Source: a virus
Virus record (IMG/VR): IMGVR_UViG_3300013712_000001
Span: 1 to 39,310 of that record
DNA: 39,310 nucleotides
Reading direction: 5' to 3' (one strand)
The notes under the pieces were generated by a model. It saw only the letters and a program-made list of their open reading frames with translations. It had not been told where the DNA came from and searched no databases. The translations under genes and the position numbers were made by a program. Position 1 is the first letter of the stretch. Each line of letters begins with the position of its first letter. Below, one piece after another: positions 27,279-33,688 of the stretch.

Positions 27279-27902
27279 TTATTTATCCTCTGAAGTATCT
27301 GTATATGATTCCAGCATTGTATTGTTTTTCTTAACTATAGCTTCGCACTCTTGTTTTGTTCCAACAAAGAAATTGGCTTTCTCGGTTGGATTTATTGCTT
27401 CTGCAAACCATGTACCAAAAAGTTTATCTTTTTTAATACTTGCTTGAGTGATTTTATTAATCTCCATAATTTCACCAATTTCAATACAATCACCAAGACA
27501 GTTAAAATCAGCTTCACTTGAGCAAAAATTTTCAGGTTCATCATTATCTTGATAAAAATAATAAATACTGTTTTTCGGGACTAAAACCAATTCACCAGTT
27601 GCTATACGAAGCATATCAGCAGGAGAAACAATTGGTTTTATAGGATCTCTGATTTCATTTTCATAAAGACGCTGTGCAGCACCAATAACAGTTGACCACT
27701 TAATACCTTTTTGAAAAATACCGCCACCAACACGCGCCGGAGCATCCAGAACCATTTGCCCTTCATCCAGATCATCTTTAAGAGATTTAATAAACTCAAC
27801 CACAGCCCCAGCATCCAGAACCATAGTTTCATTCACTGCATCAAGAGAAGAAAACTGATTAATCGAAATCCAGTTTTCCAGTTCATTAATTTTGTTTAAC
27901 AT
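27279..27902 (-). CDS. Hypothetical protein (207 aa)
   Basis: I prefer ATG 27902 (SD GGAG 8 nt upstream) over the GTG at 27911. No recognisable motif. Confidence 0.55.
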   Translation of the reverse strand: MLNKINELENWISINQFSSLDAVNETMVLDAGAVVEFIKSLKDDLDEGQMVLDAPARVGGGIFQKGIKWSTVIGAAQRLYENEIRDPIKPIVSPADMLRIATGELVLVPKNSIYYFYQDNDEPENFCSSEADFNCLGDCIEIGEIMEINKITQASIKKDKLFGTWFAEAINPTEKANFFVGTKQECEAIVKKNNTMLESYTDTSEDK

Positions 27903-27904
27903 TT

Positions 27905-28603
27905 CTAACACTCCAGTTTTTTAAATAATTCAACAAAAATCGTATTAAATTCTAGCCCTTTGGAAATACTGAATTTTCCAGTTTTTAAGTATCGTCGAAT
28001 CTGGCTTTTAATCTGCCGCCAGTGACTAGCAGTAATTGTTTCTTCACAATTTAAATATCTTTCCAGTGGCCCAAGCATTACGCCGCTTTTATGGCTAAAT
28101 GTCTTTTTATCTAAATCATTTCTTGATAAAAAATCAGCCAGCAGCACATTGCGGTCCAGGTTATAAATAATGGGTACTGGCTGAATATTGTTATCCATTT
28201 TTTCTTGAATACATAAACAGCACTTATAATTTATGCTTTGCGAACCATACACATTAAATGAGCATGTACCATGCCGCATACAATCACCTGTAAACTTTTT
28301 CTCGCCAGAAAAATTAGCTTCAAGCGCGCGGCTCATGTTTAAACGATCCCGAATAACAAACACGGTATATTTTCCGCAAGTAATACTATCCCCTAAATAC
28401 CTCTCAGCCTGCTTTCTGTATTTTCCAGAAATGTACTTTTCAAGCTGGGAAAGTAAAGGAAACTCCATATCGTTCTTTAGATGACCGATAGCCATGCGTA
28501 GAGCATAGTTATTCACTTCTGCCCCTGTATCGTTACCAAGCTGGATAATCTCAACTCTGGCTTGATCAGGACTTAAATAAGAAACAAAATCATATTTATT
28601 CAT
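27905..28603 (-). CDS. Hypothetical Cys-rich protein with a possible C-terminal HTH
   Basis: 232 aa from ATG 28603 (ATGAATAA overlap with the HNH stop). Cys cluster CMRHGTC...KCCLC. LDKKTFSHKSGVMLGPLERYLNCEE loosely resembles an XRE-type HTH. Confidence 0.45.
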   Translation of the reverse strand: MNKYDFVSYLSPDQARVEIIQLGNDTGAEVNNYALRMAIGHLKNDMEFPLLSQLEKYISGKYRKQAERYLGDSITCGKYTVFVIRDRLNMSRALEANFSGEKKFTGDCMRHGTCSFNVYGSQSINYKCCLCIQEKMDNNIQPVPIIYNLDRNVLLADFLSRNDLDKKTFSHKSGVMLGPLERYLNCEETITASHWRQIKSQIRRYLKTGKFSISKGLEFNTIFVELFKKLEC

Positions 28604-29117
28604 GATGGAATCCCTTATGTGCTGCCTTCTTGATTTCCAGATATGCCATGTGCGCTTCAACTGCTGAAGCATAAGAGCCTATATTTTTGGTTTCTCCACC
28701 TATCCGTATTCTGGCGCGAAACTTATTTCCCTGTCTGCTTACACCAATAAAACCAACCAGATTATTTTTATTGCACTTCTGGCGATTTTCAGTATTTTGC
28801 TGCGGATCAAGCAATCTTAAATTTTCAATCTTGTTATCTGATCTATTGCCGTTTTTATGATCTATGATCATTTCTTCAGGTATATAGCCAAAATGCATCA
28901 TCCAAATAAGACGATGTGCATAATATTTTTTCCCACGTATATCTATGCGTATATAACCCTTTTTAGACTTATCACAAACGCCAACTACTTTTTTTAGCTT
29001 CTTTGATATTAAGCATCCATCTTTATAAATATAAAGTTTATGCAGTTCTTCTACGGAAACATGATTTTCCTGCTGTGCAATCCAGCCTATTGTTTCCTTG
29101 TCTTTTCTCTTAGCCAT
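28596..29117 (-). CDS. HNH endonuclease fused to an AP2 DNA-binding domain (homing-endonuclease type)
   Basis: HRLIWMMHFGYIPEEMIIDHKNGNRSDNKIENLRLL is the HNH motif. GVSRQGNKFRARIRIGGETKNIGSYASAVEAHMAY is the AP2 motif. Confidence 0.85.
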   Translation of the reverse strand: MAKRKDKETIGWIAQQENHVSVEELHKLYIYKDGCLISKKLKKVVGVCDKSKKGYIRIDIRGKKYYAHRLIWMMHFGYIPEEMIIDHKNGNRSDNKIENLRLLDPQQNTENRQKCNKNNLVGFIGVSRQGNKFRARIRIGGETKNIGSYASAVEAHMAYLEIKKAAHKGFHHE

Positions 29118-29137
29118 AAGATTAACCTGTAAAAAAA

Positions 29138-29161
29138 GGATATGTTTAAAATAACATACCC
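29138..29161 (-). terminator. Terminator between the 279-aa gene and the HNH gene
   Basis: Minus strand GGGTATGTT-N6-AACATATCC (8 of 9 pairs) followed by UUUUUUU. An A-run on the other side makes it look bidirectional. Confidence 0.65.
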
Positions 29162-29169
29162 TTTTTATT

Positions 29170-29187
29170 AATGAAAGTTTTATTTCA
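29170..29187. repeat. Copy B of the near-palindromic element (AATGAAAGTTTTATTTCA), overlapping the stop codon of the 279-aa gene
   Basis: 18 nt identical to 30040-30057. 16-17 nt identical, in inverted orientation, to 25200-25215. Confidence 0.85.
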
Positions 29188-30024
29188 CTTGTTTAGTGCA
29201 AGATTAATTAAAGTCTTTTGTATATCAGTAAATTCATTTCCCAAAATCTGCCCTATCAGATTCATGAAATCAGAATCTTCCATAGTGTTATTTTCTGTTT
29301 TATTCTCAACCCGAATGCTAACCATTTTTTTATGCTGCTGGGCGGCTTCTTCACGTTGCCACAAAGCAAACTCATGTCCTTTTAATTCTCCTGCATACCA
29401 TTCCCAAGAATAACGGCTTTCCTCATTTGCGAAATAATAAGTATCACCAATCTTTTTAAGGAAAAATTCATTATCATCTTCCCCTTTCCTGTATTGGTAA
29501 TAACCTTCACTCCCTTCAGGCACTTCAATCCAATGCGGTAATGCATGTACCGCAGTTACTAAGCTGTAACCATCTTCGGGGTCTAGCCATTCTTTCATCT
29601 TTTCAATTTTGATTGGTTTTAATTTAGTGGTCTCGAAACTATGTTGTTCTGATTTAAACCACTTTAAATCAAAATAGCTCCAGAAGTATTCAACCCCATC
29701 GGAACTTAAAAACCCCATCCTATTGTGTATGCTATTGTCCTTATGCGTAGCATCATTAATATCATTACGATGCAAAACAACTAAATCACGCAGTTGGTAT
29801 AGGTTTAGCTCTTTATAATCATTGGAATTAAATACTTGATCACTATTTGAGATTGTTAAATCTGAATCAACATGGGCAAATAAGTAATTAAAATCAAACT
29901 CATTGCTTATTAATTTGTGTGAAGTACATCCCTCAAAGCCATAACCCAATTGAAAAAAATGTTCTTGAGCCTCTATCCCTTCTTTGCGTGTATTAACTTT
30001 AATCTTGTATCTATCTTTAGACAT
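29185..30024 (-). CDS. Hypothetical protein (279 aa)
   Basis: ATG 30024 has SD AAGGTGG 5 nt upstream, whereas the track start is GTG 30033. No recognisable catalytic motif. The aromatic-rich segment VPEGSEGYYQYRK...YYFANE is noted in the findings. Confidence 0.6.
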   Translation of the reverse strand: MSKDRYKIKVNTRKEGIEAQEHFFQLGYGFEGCTSHKLISNEFDFNYLFAHVDSDLTISNSDQVFNSNDYKELNLYQLRDLVVLHRNDINDATHKDNSIHNRMGFLSSDGVEYFWSYFDLKWFKSEQHSFETTKLKPIKIEKMKEWLDPEDGYSLVTAVHALPHWIEVPEGSEGYYQYRKGEDDNEFFLKKIGDTYYFANEESRYSWEWYAGELKGHEFALWQREEAAQQHKKMVSIRVENKTENNTMEDSDFMNLIGQILGNEFTDIQKTLINLALNK

Positions 30025-30039
30025 TCCAACCACCTTTTA

Positions 30040-30085
30040 AATGAAAGTTTTATTTCATATTATTTGCATTATGAATGCATGTCAA
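30040..30085 (-). promoter_or_regulatory. Strong sigma70-like promoter TTGACA-17-TAATAT (30085-30057), with palindrome TGCATTcatAATGCA in the spacer and element copy C (30040-30057) at the transcription start
   Basis: Read on the minus strand: perfect -35, 17-nt spacer, 4/6 -10. It lies between the dnaC-like stop and the 279-aa gene. Confidence 0.6.
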
Positions 30086-30091
30086 GAAATT

Positions 30092-30841
30092 TTATTTTGC
30101 TACTGTTCTGGCATCAGTCCAGTTAAACCGAACAACACTATCACCGCCTTGGTTTAATCTGGACCATAAGCGCGAGCCTAAATCATCTTGAAGTTTTTCT
30201 TCGCTTAGATTTGAAATAAGAATCGTAGGTCGTTCAAGGTCGTAACGCTGATACATGACTTTATGAACCTGATCCGTTTTTTTATCCCGATCATGCAGGC
30301 CGTATTCATCTATCACCAGAAGATCATAATCCGCATATCTGGCAATCACAGATTGTTCATCATCACCATTGCGCCCCCATGCGCTCATAAGCTCGTTTGC
30401 AAGGTCAAAGCTAGTGATGTACCTAGCAGACTTAAAATTGCGTAATACGGCGCGAATGACAGCGCAGGAGAGGTGTGTTTTCCCTGTGCCTGTCGTGCCG
30501 CATAAAATCAGGCTAGAATTTCCACCATTAACAACCTGTTCAGCAAAATCCACGCATTTCTTTACTGCTGTTTGCTGTGCGACATGATCAACCTTAAAGG
30601 TCTGGAATTTACAGTTCACATGACGACTAGGCATCATTGAAGCTACAACACGATTCCTAATAAGCCGTTCACTTAAAGACTGGCTATGCTCCTCCTCATT
30701 TTTCTTCATAAATTCTTCAGAACATTTTTCACAGGTAAGGCGGCCAAGAACGGAAAGCATGTTGGTGTTATGTACAGGGCATACCTTATTGGTTTTCTGG
30801 ATTGCAAAACGTAACGGATTAGGTGCAGGCTTAGTATTCAT
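30092..30841 (-). CDS. DnaC/IstB-like AAA+ helicase loader with an N-terminal zinc ribbon
   Basis: Walker A LILCGTTGTGKTHL and Walker B DLLVIDEYG. N-terminal CPVH...CEKC. Directly downstream of the initiator gene (TAATG overlap). Confidence 0.8.
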   Translation of the reverse strand: MNTKPAPNPLRFAIQKTNKVCPVHNTNMLSVLGRLTCEKCSEEFMKKNEEEHSQSLSERLIRNRVVASMMPSRHVNCKFQTFKVDHVAQQTAVKKCVDFAEQVVNGGNSSLILCGTTGTGKTHLSCAVIRAVLRNFKSARYITSFDLANELMSAWGRNGDDEQSVIARYADYDLLVIDEYGLHDRDKKTDQVHKVMYQRYDLERPTILISNLSEEKLQDDLGSRLWSRLNQGGDSVVRFNWTDARTVAK

Positions 30842-31623
30842 TATTCAAAATTCCTATAGTCTAGTTGATCAGTAGCCGGCTGATAGGCTTCATCAGGAAG
30901 CGGCTGCCAGTGCTGGTTCACATTTCTGTCGTTAATCAAGCTATCTGCTCTTATTTCATCTTCCCAGCGTTCGCCGTTAATCCAGGTAGAAGCCATTGGC
31001 ACATATCGTCCATTTTCTTTCTGCCAGTCAAAAGACTGCTTTTGTTTTTCAAGGAAAGCTATGATCTTCTCAAATGGATTTTTCTTGAAATCAATTTTAT
31101 GAAACTTCTGTTCAGCACGTTTTTTATCTTTCTTGTTAGGGTAAGCTTTCCAGAAAATCTCAAACTGTTCTGCACGTAAGTTAGTGTCTTTTGATTTAGT
31201 GTTTTTTGATAGTGTATTTTGTGGGTAAAAATTCTTTACTAGCAGTAGTAAAATTTTTTTACTAGGGTAGTAAAAATTCTTTACTAGTAAAAATTTTTTA
31301 CTAGGGAATTTTAGCTTGATTCCTGATATATCAAATGCTGTATTTATTGCATAAGTATTGCCGTAAATAGTCGGAGGAAGCTCCACGATTAAGCCAAGCT
31401 CAATCAACTCATTAATACACTTTATAACCGTTGGCCGGCTTTTCTTTGATAACGATTCAAACTGTGTTAATGAAATAGAATCTTGATCTTTCCACCAGCC
31501 GCGAGTTTTCCGAAGTATGAGCATGTACAGCTTAAAAGCTGCATCACTCATTTCAGGCATTAATTCATCAATTACCACGTTAGGTACTTGGAGAAAATTT
31601 GGCTCTGGTATTCTTTTGCTCAT
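30841..31623 (-). CDS. Replication initiator / replisome organiser (lambda O-like architecture)
   Basis: 260 aa. N-terminal winged-helix-like region (AAFKLYMLILRKTRGW..., VIKCINELIELGLI) and C-terminal FEIFWKAYPNKKDKKRAEQKF motif. Iterons are embedded in the linker-coding part. Confidence 0.7.
   Translation of the reverse strand: MSKRIPEPNFLQVPNVVIDELMPEMSDAAFKLYMLILRKTRGWWKDQDSISLTQFESLSKKSRPTVIKCINELIELGLIVELPPTIYGNTYAINTAFDISGIKLKFPSKKFLLVKNFYYPSKKILLLLVKNFYPQNTLSKNTKSKDTNLRAEQFEIFWKAYPNKKDKKRAEQKFHKIDFKKNPFEKIIAFLEKQKQSFDWQKENGRYVPMASTWINGERWEDEIRADSLINDRNVNQHWQPLPDEAYQPATDQLDYRNFE
31225..31304. repeat. Four ~18-bp iterons (GTAAAAWTTYTTTACTAG): candidate origin of replication inside the initiator gene
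   Basis: Copies at 31225-31242, 31248-31265, 31270-31287 and 31288-31304. Each is an internal dyad (GTAAA...TTTAC). They translate to the repeated LVKNFY peptide. Confidence 0.7.
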
Positions 31624-31699
31624 AATTATTCACCATCAGACAATTCTTTAAAGTATGATTTTTTAATAGTCACACTATTTAATTTATATAATTTAAAAA

Positions 31700-31888
31700 T
31701 CACGGCCCGATCTCCTTTAGCTTTTTTTCTGCTGCTAGTAATTCCTGCATACGCTCAGGTAAAACTACATACGCCTTTATATCTCCATATTTTGTAATTG
31801 CAGCAGGAACATCACAGCCAAGAAGAATGTTAGGATTTTTCTTAATATCGCTAAACTTTAGTATTGCAGTAACCATTAGGCGCTCCAT
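31700..31888 (-). CDS. Small protein with a Phd/YefM antitoxin-like sequence pattern
   Basis: VTAILKFSDIKKNPNILLG..VPAAITKYGDIKAYVVLPERMQELL follows the Phd/YefM N-terminal pattern. The start is probably the second ATG at 31876 (SD GGAG 8 nt upstream). No toxin partner is adjacent. Confidence 0.4.
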   Translation of the reverse strand: MERLMVTAILKFSDIKKNPNILLGCDVPAAITKYGDIKAYVVLPERMQELLAAEKKLKEIGP

Positions 31889-31907
31889 AGTATTTAATTT
31901 AGTGCTA

Positions 31908-31952
31908 ATTATAGTACCAAATAATAATATTTAAAAGAATTTTTAGTGTAAA
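31908..31952 (-). promoter_or_regulatory. Promoter candidates for the replication operon (TTTACA-17-TATTAT, plus a downstream perfect TATAAT)
   Basis: Minus strand: -35 TTTACA at 31952-31947 and -10 TATTAT at 31929-24. A second TATAAT lies at 31913-08. Immediately downstream of terminator 31957-31972. Confidence 0.45.
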
Positions 31953-31956
31953 AAAA

Positions 31957-31972
31957 ACTCCCCGAAGGGAGT
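31957..31972 (-). terminator. Rho-independent terminator after the clamp-like gene (ACUCCC-UUCG-GGGAGU followed by U8)
   Basis: Perfect 6-bp stem, UUCG tetraloop and an 8-U tail on the minus strand. Confidence 0.8.
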
Positions 31973-31986
31973 TATAAAATCACAAA

Positions 31987-32580
31987 CTAGAAACGCATAG
32001 GCATAACAAGGCCGTGATAACGATCATCACCAAGAGGGAAATACATAACTTCATTTGATCCGTTAAACAGAACATTGATGCCACCTATTTTACTGCCTGT
32101 TAAAATCTGCTTAACCTTAGCCATTGTTTTTAAGTAGTCAATCTGGAACATTGGCGCAACATTCTGGCTTTCTTCTGGAATTTTCAAGACACGCATCACA
32201 TCAGGAAATTTTCCATCTATTGGATTAAAAACCTCATAAGCACTTGTGCGATCTGTCTTAATTGACATGATGTATGAATTATCACTAACCGTATCGCCTT
32301 TAATCTTTTCTATTGCCACCATATCTGATAAAGAGTGCTTAGCTCCAACTTTCTTCATGAGCCACAGTATTTCATCACGCGGTATAATCATTTCAGGAAT
32401 ATCCTTTAAATTTTCATCCTGGATAATTACAGCGCAATAGCCATTTGTTCCGGCAACTATACCGTTGCCAATTTTCACACCCATCAGATAAAAACGAACA
32501 TCATTTACCGCAGTAACTTGCACACATGCAGCCAGATAGTTATAAGGAACTTCAATGATTGTATTTTCTTGATTAGCCAT
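31987..32580 (-). CDS. Truncated DNA polymerase III beta sliding-clamp (DnaN) homologue: domain II plus a shortened domain III
   Basis: 197 aa from ATG 32580 (SD GGTGA 5 nt upstream). DVRFYLMGV, GTNGYCAV, MIIPRDEILWLMKKV, IDGKFPDVMRVL and the C-terminal GLVMPMRF align with E. coli beta DVRYYLNGM, ATDGHRLAV, VIVPRKGVIELMRML, VDGRFPDYRRVL and YVVMPMRL (from memory). Confidence 0.8.
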   Translation of the reverse strand: MANQENTIIEVPYNYLAACVQVTAVNDVRFYLMGVKIGNGIVAGTNGYCAVIIQDENLKDIPEMIIPRDEILWLMKKVGAKHSLSDMVAIEKIKGDTVSDNSYIMSIKTDRTSAYEVFNPIDGKFPDVMRVLKIPEESQNVAPMFQIDYLKTMAKVKQILTGSKIGGINVLFNGSNEVMYFPLGDDRYHGLVMPMRF

Positions 32581-32594
32581 ATTTTTCACCTTGA

Positions 32595-32750
32595 TTAAAT
32601 TAGTTTGTATCGAACAGTGGTAGCGTTATTAATTACAGCAACAAGCCTGAATTTCTGGCCTTGCCACTCAACTTCAGGACGATGAAACCAGACTTCTTCT
32701 TGTCCTAAAATATTCTCGTCATGGTCCAGATAGACCGCAGTAAAATTCAT
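32595..32750 (-). CDS. Unlisted small ORF (51 aa)
   Basis: The ATG follows the upstream TAA directly, with SD GAGGGA ~7 nt upstream. It fills an otherwise unexplained 160-nt gap. Product: MNFTAVYLDHDENILGQEEVWFHRPEVEWQGQKFRLVAVINNATTVRYKLI. Confidence 0.55.
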   Translation of the reverse strand: MNFTAVYLDHDENILGQEEVWFHRPEVEWQGQKFRLVAVINNATTVRYKLI

Positions 32751-33677
32751 TTATTTTCCCTCATTTTTAGCCAGGAACGCTTTGTATATTTCTGGATAGT
32801 CAGGATTAGATTCCTTGATGAAAACGCCATTAAATAATAAACCCTTACGATCCTTAATTTCGTTGTAAGAGAATTTAAGACACTCACTCAGGTTTACATT
32901 GTAGTGGTCCGCAATCAGTGCAAGCCAAACCATGCATGACTTGAAATAGTTTGTTAGTCGGACCTTGTAAGTAATCTGGTCGTCTGTATGGCCTTTTTCT
33001 TCTGCATTCTTGTATAAATGCGCCGAAAGACAGAACTGGCTTAACTCAATTTGGTAATTCAAAAACATTTCTTCAGGTGTAGTAATACGTTTTTTAAAAG
33101 TGTCATCACTGTTAATAATAAATGCACGTTCAATATCGTCGAACTGCTGAACATATAGCGGATTAAAGCGGATACCACACATACCCAATATGATTGTTAT
33201 CACCACCATATTATCTCCAATGTCATCCGCTACAACTGGCAATGATTGACCTGCATTAATGACAGAAGCTTGGCCGCTACCAATATTGTCTGAAAGCTCG
33301 CCAGATTCAGAAAATAATTTCATAGCCTGTTTAATCGGGCTTGATCCATCTACAATATTTCGATCCTCAGCCCACTTTAAAACCGAGTTAGGCAAAACAG
33401 GATCAATACTCAAAACGCTTTTAGACATGATTAAATGCTCTACTGTTAAAAAATTAGAATGGTCCACAGCATTAATTTTCAAGCCGCAGACTTCGCCGAT
33501 TGAATCACCGCTCAAACATGCTTGCGCTGACAAAAAGTAATTCACCATATTGCACTCTAGCGCCCATTTTCTTAGCTGGTGCAACTGGATTTTTCCGAGA
33601 TTTACCGCATTGGGCGAAACGGCATGGCTGCATGAATATGCATAAGCAGCCTGCTCAATCTGTTGAATAATATTCAT
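32751..33677 (-). CDS. Two-domain protein: unknown N-terminal domain plus a MazG-like NTP pyrophosphohydrolase C-terminal domain
   Basis: 308 aa. KWAEDRNI..., KLFSESGELSDNI, VADDIGDNMVVITIILGMCG and ECLKFSYNEIKDRKG follow the phage MazG-like pattern (F..R...KL.EE.GEL...D.IGD..V.L..., aYneIkdRkG). Confidence 0.65.
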   Translation of the reverse strand: MNIIQQIEQAAYAYSCSHAVSPNAVNLGKIQLHQLRKWALECNMVNYFLSAQACLSGDSIGEVCGLKINAVDHSNFLTVEHLIMSKSVLSIDPVLPNSVLKWAEDRNIVDGSSPIKQAMKLFSESGELSDNIGSGQASVINAGQSLPVVADDIGDNMVVITIILGMCGIRFNPLYVQQFDDIERAFIINSDDTFKKRITTPEEMFLNYQIELSQFCLSAHLYKNAEEKGHTDDQITYKVRLTNYFKSCMVWLALIADHYNVNLSECLKFSYNEIKDRKGLLFNGVFIKESNPDYPEIYKAFLAKNEGK

Positions 33678-33688
33678 ATTGTCACCTG

